This document shows positions 48,657 to 62,700 of a stretch of 64,000 bases of DNA, piece after piece (positions within the stretch are counted from its first letter, which is position 1; each line of letters begins with the position of its first letter). Source of the stretch: Eledone cirrhosa (taxonomy: Eukaryota); the NCBI GenBank assembly GCA_964016885.1, contig OZ024744.1, positions 4,092,001 through 4,156,000 on the forward strand. Reading direction: 5' to 3'. Position numbers and translations under genes: made by a program. The notes beneath the pieces are model-generated. The model worked only from the letters and a program-made list of their open reading frames with translations. It had not been told where the DNA came from and made no database searches.

Positions 48657-51600
48657 GTAGAGAAAGATAGCTTGGTGAAGAACGAAGTTTTGGGGGAAGA
48701 CAAGGTAGAGAAAGATAGCTTGGTGAAGAACGAAGTTCTGAGGGACGACAAGGTAGAGAAAGATAGCTTGGTGAAGAACGAAGTTTTGGGAGAAGACAAG
48801 GTAGAGAAAGATATCTTGGTGAAGAACGAAGTTTTGACGGAAGACAAGGTAGAGAAAGATAGCTTGGTGAAGAATGACGTTTTGTGGGAAGACAAGGTAG
48901 AGAATAGATAGCTTGGTGAAGAACGAAGTTTTGTGTGAAGACAAGGTAGAGAAAGATAGCTTGGTGAAGAACGAAGTTTTGGGGGAAGACAAGGCAGAGA
49001 AAGATAGATTGGTGAAGAACGAAGTTTTGAGGGATGACAAGGTAGAGAAAGATGACTTGGTGTAGAAAGAAGTTTTGGGGGAAGACAAGGTAGAGAAAGA
49101 TAGCTTGGTGAAGAACGAAGTTTTGGGGGAAGACAAGGTAGAGAAAGATAGCTTGGTGAAGAACGAAGTTTTGGGGGAAGACAAGGTAGAGAAAGATAGC
49201 TTGGTGAAGAACGAAGTTTTGAGGGAAGACAAGGTAGAGAAAGATAGCTTGGTGAATAACGAAGTTTTGGGAGAAGACAAGGTAGAGAAAGATAGCTTGG
49301 TGAAGAACGATGTTTTGAGGGAAGACAAGGTAGAGAAAGATAGCTTGGTGAAAAACGACGTTTTGAGGGAAGACAAGGTAGAGAAAGATAGCTTGGTGAA
49401 GAACGAAGTTCTGAGGGAAGACAAGGTAGAGAAAGATAGCTTGGTGAAGAACGAAGTTTTGGGAGAAAACAAGGTAGAGAAAGATATATTGGTGAAGAAC
49501 GAAGTTTCGACGGAAGACAAGGTAGAGAAAGATAGCTTGGTGAAGAATGACGTTTTGTGGGAAGACAAGGTAGAGAAAGATAGCTTGGTGAAGAACGAAG
49601 TTTTGTGTGAAGACAAGCTAGAGAAAGATAGCTTGGTGAAGAACGAAGTTTTGGGGGAAGACAAGGTAGAGAAAGATAGCTTGGTGAAGAACGATGTTTT
49701 GGGGGAAGACAAGGTAGAGAAAGATAGCTTGGTGAAGAACGAAGTTTTGAGGGAAGACAAGGTATAGAAAGATAGCTTGGTGAATAACGAAGTTTTGGGA
49801 GAAGACAAGGTAGAGAAAGATAGCTTGGTGAAGAACGATGTTTTGAGGGAAGACAAGGTAGAGAAAGATAGCTTGGTGAAGAACGACGTTTTGAGGGAAG
49901 ACAAGGTAGAGAAAGATAGCTTGGTGAAGAACGACGTTTTGTGGGAAGACAAGGTAGAGAAAGATAGCTTGGTGAAGAACGAAGTTTTGGGGGAAGACAA
50001 GGTAGAGAAAGATAGATTGCGAAGAACGAAGTTTTGGGGGAAGACAAGGTAGAGAAAGATAGCTTGGCGAAGAACGAAGTTTTGGGGGAAGACAAGGTAG
50101 AGAAAGATAGCTTGGTGAAGAACGACGTTTTGAGGGAAGACAAGTTAGAGAAAGATAGCTTGGTGAAGAACGAAGTTTTGTATGAAGACAAGCTAGAGAA
50201 AGATAGCTTGGTGAAGAACGAAGTTTTAGGGGAAGACAAGGTAGAGAAAGATAGCTTGGTGAAGAACGAAGTTTTGGGGGAAGACAAGGTAGAGAAAGAT
50301 AGCTTGGTGAAGAACAAAGTTTTGGGGGAAGACAAGGTAGAGAAAGATAGCTTGGTGAAGAACGAAGTTTTGAGGGAAGACGAGGTAGAGAAAGATAGCT
50401 TGGTGAAGAACGAAGTTTTGGGGGAAGACAAGGTAGAGAAAGATAGCTTGGTGAAGAACGAAGTTTTGGGGGAAGACAAGGTAGAGAAAGATAGCTTGGT
50501 GAAGAACGACGTTTTGAGGGAAGACAAGGTCGTGAAAGATAGCTTGGTGTAGAACGAAGTTTTGGGGAAGACAATGTAGAGAAAGATAGCTTGGTGAAGA
50601 ACGAAGTTTTGGGTGAAGACAAGGTAGAGAAAGATAGCTTGGTGAAGAACGAAGTTCTGAGGGAAGACAAGGTAGAGAAAGATAGCTTGGTGAAGAACGA
50701 AGTTTTGGGAGGAGACAAGGTAGAGAAAGATATCTTGGTGAAGAACGAAGTTTTGACGGAAGACAAGGTAGAGAAAGATAGCTTGGTAAAGAATGACGTT
50801 TTGTGGGAAGACAAGGTAGAGAAAGATAGCTTGGTGAAGAACGAAGTTTTGTGTGAAGACAAGCTAGAGAAAGATAGCTTGGTGAAGAACGAAGTTTTGA
50901 GGGAAGACAAGGTAGAGAAAGATAGCTTGGTGAATAACGAAGTTTTGGGAGAAGACAAGGTAGAGAAAGATAGCTTGCTGAAGAACGAAGTTTTGGGGGA
51001 AGACAAGGTAGAGCAAGATAGCTTGGTGAAGAACGAAGTTTTGAGGGAAGACAAGGTAGCGAAAGATAGCTTGGTGAATAACGAAGTTTTGGGGGAAGAC
51101 AAGGTAGAGAAAGATAGCTTGGTGAATAACGAAGTTTTGGGAGAAGACAAGGTCGAGAAAGATAGCTTGGTGAAGAACGAAATTTTGAGGGAAGACAAGG
51201 TAGAGAAAGATAGCTTGGTGAAGAACGACGTTTTGAGGGAAGACAAAATAGAGAAAGATAGCTTGGTGAAGAACGACGTTTTGTGGGATGACAAGGTAGA
51301 GAAAGATGACTTGGTGAAGAACGAAGTTTTGGGGGAAGACAAGGTAGATAAAGATAGCTTGGTGAAGAACGAAGTTTTGGGGGAAGACAAGGTAGAGAAA
51401 GATAGCTTGGTGAAGAACGACGTTTTGAGGGAAGACAAGGTAGAGAAAGATAGCTTGGTGAAGAACGAAGTTTTGGGGAAGACAATGTAGAGAAAGATAG
51501 CTTGGTGAAGAACGAAGTTTTGGGGGAAGACAAGGTAGAGAAAGATAGCTTGGTGAAGAACGAAGTTCTGAGGGAAGACAAGGTAGAGAAAGATAGCTTG

Positions 51601-54600
51601 GTGAAGAACGACGTTTAGTGGGAAGACAAGGTAGAGAAAGATATCTTGGTGAAGAACGAAGTTTTGACGGAAGACAAGGTAGAGAAAGAGAGCTTGCGAA
51701 GAACGACGTTTTGTGGGAAGACAAGGTAGAGAAAGATAGCTTGGTGAAGAACGAAGTTTTGGGGGAAGACAAGGTAATAGAAAGATAGCTTGGTGAAGAA
51801 CGAAGTTTTTGGGGAAGACAAGGTAGAGAAAGAGAGCTTGGTGAAGAACGACGTTTTGATGAAAGACAAGGTAGAGAAAGATAGCTTGGTGAAGAACGAA
51901 GTTTTGGGGAAGACAATGTAGAGAAAGATAGCTTGGTGAAGAACGAAGTTTTGGGGGAAGACAAGGTAGAGAAAGATAGCTTGGTGAAGAACGAAGTTCT
52001 GAGGGACGACAAGGTAGAGAAAGATAGCTTGGTGAAGAACGAAGTTTTGGGAGAAGACAAGGTAGAGAAAGATATCTTGGTGAAGAACGAAGTTTTGACG
52101 GAAGACAAGGTAGAGAAAGATAGCTTGGTGAAGAATGACGTTTTGTGGGAAGACAAGGTAGAGAATAGATAGCTTGGTGAAGAACGAAGTTTTGTGTGAA
52201 GACAAGGTAGAGAAAGATAGCTTGGTGAAGAACGAAGTTTTGGGGGAAGACAAGGTAGAGAAAGATATCTTGGTGAAGAACGAAGTTTTGACGGAAGACA
52301 AGGTAGAGAAAGATAGCTTGGTAAAGAATGACGTTTTGTGGGAAGACAAGGTAGAGAAAGATAGCTTGGTGAAGAACGAAGTTTTGTGTGAAGACAAGCT
52401 AGAGAAAGATAGCTTGGTGAAGAACGAAGTTTTGAGGGAAGACAAGGTAGAGAAAGATAGCTTGGTGAATAACGAAGTTTTGGGAGAAGACAAGGTAGAG
52501 AAAGATAGCTTGCTGAAGAACGAAGTTTTGGGGGAAGACAAGGTAGAGCAAGATAGCTTGGTGAAGAACGAAGTTTTGAGGGAAGACAAGGTAGCGAAAG
52601 ATAGCTTGGTGAATAACGAAGTTTTGGGGGAAGACAAGGTAGAGAAAGATAGCTTGGTGAATAACGAAGTTTTGGGAGAAGACAAGGTCGAGAAAGATAG
52701 CTTGGTGAAGAACGAAATTTTGAGGGAAGACAAGGTAGAGAAAGATAGCTTGGTGAAGAACGACGTTTTGAGGGAAGACAAAATAGAGAAAGATAGCTTG
52801 GTGAAGAACGACGTTTTGTGGGATGACAAGGTAGAGAAAGATGACTTGGTGAAGAACGAAGTTTTGGGGGAAGACAAGGTAGATAAAGATAGCTTGGTGA
52901 AGAACGAAGTTTTGGGGGAAGACAAGGTAGAGAAAGATAGCTTGGTGAAGAACGACGTTTTGAGGGAAGACAAGGTAGAGAAAGATAGCTTGGTGAAGAA
53001 CGAAGTTTTGGGGAAGACAATGTAGAGAAAGATAGCTTGGTGAAGAACGAAGTTTTGGGGGAAGACAAGGTAGAGAAAGATAGCTTGGTGAAGAACGAAG
53101 TTCTGAGGGAAGACAAGGTAGAGAAAGATAGCTTGGTGAAGAACGACGTTTAGTGGGAAGACAAGGTAGAGAAAGATATCTTGGTGAAGAACGAAGTTTT
53201 GACGGAAGACAAGGTAGAGAAAGAGAGCTTGCGAAGAACGACGTTTTGTGGGAAGACAAGGTAGAGAAAGATAGCTTGGTGAAGAACGAAGTTTTGGGGG
53301 AAGACAAGGTAATAGAAAGATAGCTTGGTGAAGAACGAAGTTTTTGGGGAAGACAAGGTAGAGAAAGAGAGCTTGGTGAAGAACGACGTTTTGATGAAAG
53401 ACAAGGTAGAGAAAGATAGCTTGGTGAAGAACGAAGTTTTGGGGAAGACAATGTAGAGAAAGATAGCTTGGTGAAGAACGAAGTTTTGGGGGAAGACAAG
53501 GTAGAGAAAGATAGCTTGGTGAAGAACGAAGTTCTGAGGGACGACAAGGTAGAGAAAGATAGCTTGGTGAAGAACGAAGTTTTGGGAGAAGACAAGGTAG
53601 AGAAAGATATCTTGGTGAAGAACGAAGTTTTGACGGAAGACAAGGTAGAGAAAGATAGCTTGGTGAAGAATGACGTTTTGTGGGAAGACAAGGTAGAGAA
53701 TAGATAGCTTGGTGAAGAACGAAGTTTTGTGTGAAGACAAGGTAGAGAAAGATAGCTTGGTGAAGAACGAAGTTTTGGGGGAAGACAAGGCAGAGAAAGA
53801 TAGATTGGTGAAGAACGAAGTTTTGAGGGATGACAAGGTAGAGAAAGATGACTTGGTGTAGAAAGAAGTTTTGGGGGAAGACAAGGTAGAGAAAGATAGC
53901 TTGGTGAAGAACGAAGTTTTGGGGGAAGACAAGGTAGAGAAAGATAGCTTGGTGAAGAACGAAGTTTTGGGGGAAGACAAGGTAGAGAAAGATAGCTTGG
54001 TGAAGAACGAAGTTTTGAGGGAAGACAAGGTAGAGAAAGATAGCTTGGTGAATAACGAAGTTTTGGGAGAAGACAAGGTAGAGAAAGATAGCTTGGTGAA
54101 GAACGATGTTTTGAGGGAAGACAAGGTAGAGAAAGATAGCTTGGTGAAAAACGACGTTTTGAGGGAAGACAAGGTAGAGAAAGATAGCTTGGTGAAGAAC
54201 GAAGTTCTGAGGGAAGACAAGGTAGAGAAAGATAGCTTGGTGAAGAACGAAGTTTTGGGAGAAAACAAGGTAGAGAAAGATATATTGGTGAAGAACGAAG
54301 TTTCGACGGAAGACAAGGTAGAGAAAGATAGCTTGGTGAAGAATGACGTTTTGTGGGAAGACAAGGTAGAGAAAGATAGCTTGGTGAAGAACGAAGTTTT
54401 GTGTGAAGACAAGCTAGAGAAAGATAGCTTGGTGAAGAACGAAGTTTTGGGGGAAGACAAGGTAGAGAAAGATAGCTTGGTGAAGAACGAAGTGTTGGGG
54501 GAAGACAAGGTAGAGAAAGATAGCTTGGTGAAGAACGAAGTTTTGAGGGAAGACAAGGTATAGAAAGATAGCTTGGTGAATAACGAAGTTTTGGGAGAAG

Positions 54601-56487
54601 ACAAGGTAGAGAAAGATAGCTTGGTGAAGAACGATGTTTTGAGGGAAGACAAGGTAGAGAAAGATAGCTTGGTGAAGAACGACGTTTTGAGGGAAGACAA
54701 GGTAGAGAAAGATAGCTTGGTGAAGAACGACGTTTTGTGGGAAGACAAGGTAGAGAAAGATAGCTTGGTGAAGAACGAAGTTTTGGGGGAAGACAAGGTA
54801 GAGAAAGATAGCTTGCGAAGAACGAAGTTTTGGGGGAAGACAAGGTAGAGAAAGATAGCTTGGCGAAGAACGAAGTTTTGGGGGAAGACAAGGTAGAGAA
54901 AGATAGCTTGGTGAAGAACGACGTTTTGAGGGAAGACAAGGTAGAGAAAGATAGCTTGGTGAAGAACGAAGTTTTGTATGAAGACAAGCTAGAGAAAGAT
55001 AGCTTGGTGAAGAACGAAGTTTTAGGGGAAGACAAGGTAGAGAAAGATAGCTTGGTGAAGAACGAAGTTTTGGGGGGAAGACAAGGTAGAGAAAGATAGC
55101 TTGGTGAAGAACAAAGTTTTGGGGGAAGACAAGGTAGAGAAAGATAGCTTGGTGAAGAACGAAGTTTTGAGGGAAGACGAGGTAGAGAAAGATAGCTTGG
55201 TGAAGAACGAAGTTTTGGGGGAAGACAAGGTAGAGAAAGATAGCTTGGTGAAGAACGAAGTTTTGGGGGAAGACAAGGTAGAGAAAGATAGCTTGGTGAA
55301 GAACGACGTTTTGAGGGAAGACAAGGTCGTGAAAGATAGCTTGGTGTAGAACGAAGTTTTGGGGAAGACAATGTAGAGAAAGATAGCTTGGTGAAGAACG
55401 AAGTTTTGGGTGAAGACAAGGTAGAGAAAGATAGCTTGGTGAAGAACGAAGTTCTGAGGGAAGACAAGGTAGAGAAAGATAGCTTGGTGAAGAACGAAGT
55501 TTTGGGAGGAGACAAGGTAGAGAAAGATATCTTGGTGAAGAACGAAGTTTTGACGGAAGACAAGGTAGAGAAAGATAGCTTGGTAAAGAATGACGTTTTG
55601 TGGGAAGACAAGGTAGAGAAAGATAGCTTGGTGAAGAACGAAGTTTTGTGTGAAGACAAGCTAGAGAAAGATAGCTTGGTGAAGAACGAAGTTTTGAGGG
55701 AAGACAAGGTAGAGAAAGATAGCTTGGTGAATAACGAAGTTTTGGGAGAAGACAAGGTAGAGAAAGATAGCTTGATGAAGAACGAAGTTTTGGGGGAAGA
55801 CAAGGTAGAGCAAGATAGCTTGGTGAAGAACGAAGTTTTGAGGGAAGACAAGGTAGCGAAAGATAGCTTGGTGAATAACGAAGTTTTGGGGGAAGACAAG
55901 GTAGAGAAAGATAGCTTGGTGAATAACGAAGTTTTGGGAGAAGACAAGGTCGAGAAAGATAGCTTGGTGAAGAACGAAATTTTGAGGGAAGACAAGGTAG
56001 AGAAAGATAGCTTGGTGAAGAACGACGTTTTGAGGGAAGACAAAATAGAGAAAGATAGCTTGGTGAAGAACGACGTTTTGTGGGATGACAAGGTAGAGAA
56101 AGATGACTTGGTGAAGAACGAAGTTTTGGGGGAAGACAAGGTAGATAAAGATAGCTTGGTGAAGAACGAAGTTTTGGGGGAAGACAAGGTAGAGAAAGAT
56201 AGCTTGGTGAAGAACGACGTTTTGAGGGAAGACAAGGTAGAGAAAGATAGCTTGGTGAAGAACGAAGTTTTGGGGAAGACAATGTAGAGAAAGATAGCTT
56301 GGTGAAGAACGAAGTTTTGGGGGAAGACAAGGTAGAGAAAGATAGCTTGGTGAAGAACGAAGTTCTGAGGGAAGACAAGGTAGAGAAAGATAGCTTGGTG
56401 AAGAACGACGTTTAGTGGGAAGACAAGGTAGAGAAAGATATCTTGGTGAAGAACGAAGTTTTGACGGAAGACAAGGTAGAGAAAGAG
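48520..56487. repeat. About 3.2-kb block duplicated at a 4796/4797-bp offset (100 monomers)
   Basis: ORF starts 48672/53468, 49075/53871, 49777/54573, 50034/54830 (4796), then 50591/55388 (4797 after a single G insertion near 55072). GGTATAG and GTGTAGAAC variants are shared. Confidence 0.88.
50729..53790. repeat. Tandem duplication, 2 x 1535 bp (32 monomers, net -1 bp)
   Basis: ORF ends 51490/53025 and starts 51933/53468. Private variants GGTAATAGAAAG (about 51773/53308) and GTTTAGTGG (about 51613/53148). Confidence 0.9.
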
Positions 56488-56729
56488 AGCTTGCGAAGAA
56501 CGAAGTTTTGGGGGAAGACAAGGTAGAGAAAGATAGCTTGGTGAAGAACGAAGTTTTGTGGGAGGACAAGGTAGAGAAAGATAGCTTGGTGAAGAACGAC
56601 GTTTTGAGGGAAGACAAGGTAGAGAAAGATAGCTTGGTGAAGAACGAAGTTTTGACGGAAGACAAGGTAGAGAAAGATAGCTTGGTGAAGAATGACGTTT
56701 TGTGGGAAGACAAGGTAGAGAAAGATAGC

Positions 56730-59700
56730 TTGGTGAAGAACGAAGTTTTGGGGGAAGACAAGGTAGAGAAAGATAGCTTGGTGAAGAACGAAGTTTTGGG
56801 GGAAGACGAGGTAGAGAAAGATAGCTTGGTGAACAACGAAGTTTTGGGGGAAGACAAGGTAGAGAAAGATAGCTTGGTGAAGAACGAAGTTTTGGGGGAA
56901 GACAAGGTAGAGAAAGATAGCTTGGTGAAGAACGAAGTTTTGGGGGAAGACAAGGTAGAGAAAGATAGCTTGGTGAAGAACGACGTTTTGAGGGAAGACA
57001 AGTTAGAGAAAGATAGCTTGGTGAAGAACGAAGTTTTGACGGAAGACAAGGTAGAGAAAGATAGCTTGGTGAAGAATGACGTTTTGTGGGAAGACAAGGT
57101 AGAGAAAGATAGCTTGGTGAAGAACGAAGTTTTGTATGAAGACAAGCTAGAAAAAGATAGCTTGGTGAAGAACGAAGTTTTAGGGGAAGACAAGGTAGAG
57201 AAAGATAGCTTGGTGAAGAACGAAGTTTTGGGGGAAGACAAGGTAGAGAAAGATAGCTTGGTGAAGAACAAAGTTTTGGGGGAAGACAAGGTAGAGAAAG
57301 ATAGCTTGGTGAAGAACGAAGTTTTGAGGGAAGACGAGGTAGAGAAAGATAGCTTGGTGAAGAACGAAGTTTTGGGGGAAGACAAGGTAGAGAAAGATAG
57401 CTTGGTGAAGAACGAAGTTTTGGGGGAAGACAAGGTAGAGAAAGATAGCTTGGTGAAGAACGACGTTTTGAGGGAAGACAAGGTTGTGAAAGATAGCTTG
57501 GTGAAGAACGAAGTTTTGGGGAAGACAATGTAGAGAAAGATAGCTTGGTGAAGAACGAAGTTTTGGGGGAAGACAAGGTAGAGAAAGATAGCTTGGTGAA
57601 GAACGAAGTTCTGAGGGAAGACAAGGTAGAGAAAGATAGCTTGGTGAAGAACGAAGTTTTGGGAGGAGACAAGGTAGAGAAAGATATCTTGGTGAAGAAC
57701 GAAGTTTTGACGGAAGACAAGGTAGAGAAAGATAGCTTGGTGAAGAATGACGTTTTGTGGGAAGACAAGGTAGAGAAAGATAGCTTGGTGAAGAACGAAG
57801 TTTTGTGTGAAGACAAGCTAGAGAAAGATAGCTTGGTGAAGAACGAAGTTTTGAGGGAAGACAAGGTAGAGAAAGATAGCTTGGTGAATAACGAAGTTTT
57901 GGGAGAAGACAAGGTAGCGAAAGATAGCTTGGTGAATAACGAAGTTTTGGGGGAAGACAAGGTAGAGAAAGATAGCTTGGTGAATAACGAAGTTTTGGGA
58001 GAAGACAAGGTCGAGAAAGATAGCTTGGTGAAGAACGAAATTTTGAGGGAAGACAAGGTAGAGAAAGATAGCTTGGTGAAGAACGACGTTTTGAGGGAAG
58101 ACAAAATAGAGAAAGATAGCTTGGTGAAGAACGACGTTTTGTGGGATGACAAGGTAGAGAAAGATGACTTGGTGAAGAACGAAGTTTTGGGGGAAGACAA
58201 GGTAGATAAAGATAGCTTGGTGAAGAACGAAGTTTTGGGGGAAGACAAGGTAGAGAAAGATAGCTTGGTGAAGAACGACGTTTTGAGGGAAGACAAGGTA
58301 GAGAAAGATAGCTTGGTGAAGAACGAAGTTTTGAGGGAAGACAAGGTAGCGAAAGATAGCTTGGTGAATAACGAAGTTTTGGGGGAAGACAAGGTAGAGA
58401 AAGATAGCTTGGTGAATAACGAAGTTTTGGGGGAAGACAAGGTAGAGAAAGATAGCTTGGTGAAGAACGAAGTTCTGAGGGAAGACAAGGTAGAGAAAGA
58501 TAGCTTGGTGAAGAACGACGTTTTGTGGGAAGACAAGGTAGAGAAAGATATCTTGGTGAAGAAGGAAGTTTTGACGGGAGACAAGGTAGAGAAAGATAGC
58601 TTGCGAAGAACGAAGTTTTGGGGGAAGACAAGGTAGAGAAAGATAGCTTGGTGAAGAACGAAGTTTTGTGGGAGGACAAGGTAGAGAAAGATAGCTTGGT
58701 GAAGAACGAAGTTCTGAGGGAAGACAAGGTAGAGAAAGATAGCTTGGTGAAGAACGACGTTTTGTGGGAAGACAAGGTAGAGAAAGATATCTTGGTGAAG
58801 AAGGAAGTTTTGACGGAAGACAAGGTAGAGAAAGATAGCTTGCGAAGAACGAAGTTTTGGGGGAAGACAAGGTAGAGAAAGATAGCTTGGTGAAGAACGA
58901 AGTTTTGTGGGAGGACAAGGTAGAGAAAGATAGCTTGGTGAAGAACGACGTTTTGAGGGAAGACAAGGTAGAGAAAGATAGCTTGGTGAAGAACGAAATT
59001 TTGACGGAAGACAAGGTAGAGAAAGATAGCTTGGTGAAGAACGAAGTTTTGAGGGAAGACAAGGTAGCGAAAGATAGCTTGGTGAATAACGAAGTTTTGG
59101 GGGAAGACAAGGTAGAGAAAGATAGCTTGCGAAGAACGAAGTTTTGGGGGAAGACAAGGTAGAGAAAGATAGCTTGGTGAAGAACGAAGTTTTGGGGGAA
59201 GACAAGGTAGAGAAAGATAGCTTGGTGAAGAACGACGTTTTGAGGGAAGACAAGGTAGAGAAAGATAGCTTGGTGAAGAACGAAGTTTTGAGGGAAGACA
59301 AGGTAGAGAAAGATAGCTTGGTGAAGAACGATGTTTTGAGGGAAGACAAGGTAGAAAAAGATAGCTTGGTGAAGAACGACGTTTTGAGGGAAGACAAGGT
59401 AGAGAAAGATAGCTTGGTGAAGAACGACGTTTTGTGGGACGACAAGGTAGAGAAAGATAGCTTGGTGAAGAACGAAGTTTTGGGGGAAGACAAGGTAGAG
59501 AAAGATAGCTTGGTGAAGAACGAAGTTTTGGGAGAAGACAAGGTAGAGAAAGATATCTTGGTGAAGAACGAAGTTTTGGGAGAAGACAAGGTAGAGAAAG
59601 ATATCTTGGTGAAGAACGAAGTTTTGACGGAAGACAAGGTAGAGAAAGATAGCTTGGTGAAGAATGACGTTTTGTGGGAAGACAAGGTAGAGAATAGATA

Positions 59701-62700
59701 GCTTGGTGAAGAACGAAGTTTTGTGTGAAGACAAGGTAGAGAAAGATAGCTTGGTGAAGAACGAAGTTTTGGGGGAAGACAAGGCAGAGAAAGATAGATT
59801 GGTGAAGAACGAAGTTTTGGGGAAGACAATGTAGAGAAAGATATCTTGGTGAAGAACGAAGTTTTGACGGAAGACAAGGTAGAGAAAGATAGCTTGGTGA
59901 AGAACGAAGTTTTGGGGGAAGACAAGTTAGAGAAAGATAGCTTGGTGAAGAACGAAGTTTTGGGGAAAGACGAGGTAGAGAAAGATAGCTTGGTGAACAA
60001 CGAAGTTTTGGGGGAAGACAAGGTAGAGAAAGATAGCTTGGTGAATAACGAGGTTTTGGGAGAAGACAAGGTAGAGAAAGATAGCTTGGTGAAGAACGAT
60101 GTTTTGAGGGAAGACAAGGTAGAGAAAGATAGCTTGGTGAAGAACGAAGTTTTGAGGGAAGACAAGGTAGAGAAAGATAGCTTGGTGAAGAACGACGTTT
60201 TGTGGGAAGACAATGTAGAGAAAGATAGCTTGGTGAAGAACGAAGTTTTGGGGGAAGACAAGGTAGAGAAAGATAGCTTGCGAAGAACGAAGTTTTGGGG
60301 GAAGACAAGGTAGAGAAAGATAGCTTGGTGAAGAACGAAGTTTTGGGGGAAGACAAGGTAGAGAAAGATAGCTTGGTGAAGAACGACGTTTTGAGGGAAG
60401 ACAAGGTAGAGAAAGATAGCTTGGTGAAGAACGAAGTTTTGAGGGAAGACAAGGTAGAGAAAGATAGCTTGGTGAAGAACGATGTTTTGAGGGAAGACAA
60501 GGTAGAAAAAGATAGCTTGGTGAAGAACGACGTTTTGAGGGAAGACAAGGTAGAGAAAGATAGCTTGGTGAAGAACGATGTTTTGTGGGAAGACAAGGTA
60601 GAGAAAGATAGCTTGGTGAAGAACGAAGTTTTGGGGGAAGACAAGGTAGAGAAAGATAGCTTGGTGAAGAACGAAGTTTTTGGGGAAGACAAGGTAGAGA
60701 AAGAGAGCTTGGTGAAGAACGACGTTTTGATGAAAGACAAGGTAGAGAAAGATAGCTTGGTGAAGAACGAAGTTTTGGGGAAGACAATGTAGAGAAAGAT
60801 AGCTTGGTGAAGAACGAAGTTTTGGGGGAAGACAAGGTAGAGAAAGATAGCTTGGTGAAGAACGAAGTTCTGAGGGACGACAAGGTAGAGAAAGATAGCT
60901 TGGTGAAGAACGAAGTTTTGGGAGAAGACAAGGTAGAGAAAGATATCTTGGTGAAGAACGAAGTTTTGGGGGAAGACAAGGTAGAGAAAGATAGCTTGGT
61001 GAAGAACGAAGTTTTGGGGGAAGACGAGGTAGAGAAAGATAGCTTGGTGAACAACGAAGTTTTGGGGGAAGACAAGGTAGAGAAAGATAGCTTGGTGAAG
61101 AACGAAGTTTTGGGGGAAGACAAGGTAGAGAAAGATAGCTTGGTGAAGAACGAAGTTTTGGGGGAAGACAAGGTAGAGAAAGATAGCTTGGTGAAGAACG
61201 ACGTTTTGAGGGAAGACAAGTTAGAGAAAGATAGCTTGGTGAAGAACGAAGTTTTGACGGAAGACAAGGTAGAGAAAGATAGCTTGGTGAAGAATGACGT
61301 TTTGTGGGAAGACAAGGTAGAGAAAGATAGCTTGGTGAAGAACGAAGTTTTGTATGAAGACAAGCTAGAAAAAGATAGCTTGGTGAAGAACGAAGTTTTA
61401 GGGGAAGACAAGGTAGAGAAAGATAGCTTGGTGAAGAACGAAGTTTTGGGGGAAGACAAGGTAGAGAAAGATAGCTTGGTGAAGAACAAAGTTTTGGGGG
61501 AAGACAAGGTAGAGAAAGATAGCTTGGTGAAGAACGAAGTTTTGAGGGAAGACGAGGTAGAGAAAGATAGCTTGGTGAAGAACGAAGTTTTGGGGGAAGA
61601 CAAGGTAGAGAAAGATAGCTTGGTGAAGAACGAAGTTTTGGGGGAAGACAAGGTAGAGAAAGATAGCTTGGTGAAGAACGACGTTTTGAGGGAAGACAAG
61701 GTTGTGAAAGATAGCTTGGTGAAGAACGAAGTTTTGGGGAAGACAATGTAGAGAAAGATAGCTTGGTGAAGAACGAAGTTTTGGGGGAAGACAAGGTAGA
61801 GAAAGATAGCTTGGTGAAGAACGAAGTTCTGAGGGAAGACAAGGTAGAGAAAGATAGCTTGGTGAAGAACGAAGTTTTGGGAGGAGACAAGGTAGAGAAA
61901 GATATCTTGGTGAAGAACGAAGTTTTGACGGAAGACAAGGTAGAGAAAGATAGCTTGGTGAAGAATGACGTTTTGTGGGAAGACAAGGTAGAGAAAGATA
62001 GCTTGGTGAAGAACGAAGTTTTGTGTGAAGACAAGCTAGAGAAAGATAGCTTGGTGAAGAACGAAGTTTTGAGGGAAGACAAGGTAGAGAAAGATAGCTT
62101 GGTGAATAACGAAGTTTTGGGAGAAGACAAGGTAGCGAAAGATAGCTTGGTGAATAACGAAGTTTTGGGGGAAGACAAGGTAGAGAAAGATAGCTTGGTG
62201 AATAACGAAGTTTTGGGAGAAGACAAGGTCGAGAAAGATAGCTTGGTGAAGAACGAAATTTTGAGGGAAGACAAGGTAGAGAAAGATAGCTTGGTGAAGA
62301 ACGACGTTTTGAGGGAAGACAAAATAGAGAAAGATAGCTTGGTGAAGAACGACGTTTTGTGGGATGACAAGGTAGAGAAAGATGACTTGGTGAAGAACGA
62401 AGTTTTGGGGGAAGACAAGGTAGATAAAGATAGCTTGGTGAAGAACGAAGTTTTGGGGGAAGACAAGGTAGAGAAAGATAGCTTGGTGAAGAACGACGTT
62501 TTGAGGGAAGACAAGGTAGAGAAAGATAGCTTGGTGAAGAACGAAGTTTTGAGGGAAGACAAGGTAGCGAAAGATAGCTTGGTGAATAACGAAGTTTTGG
62601 GGGAAGACAAGGTAGAGAAAGATAGCTTGGTGAATAACGAAGTTTTGGGGGAAGACAAGGTAGAGAAAGATAGCTTGGTGAAGAACGAAGTTCTGAGGGA

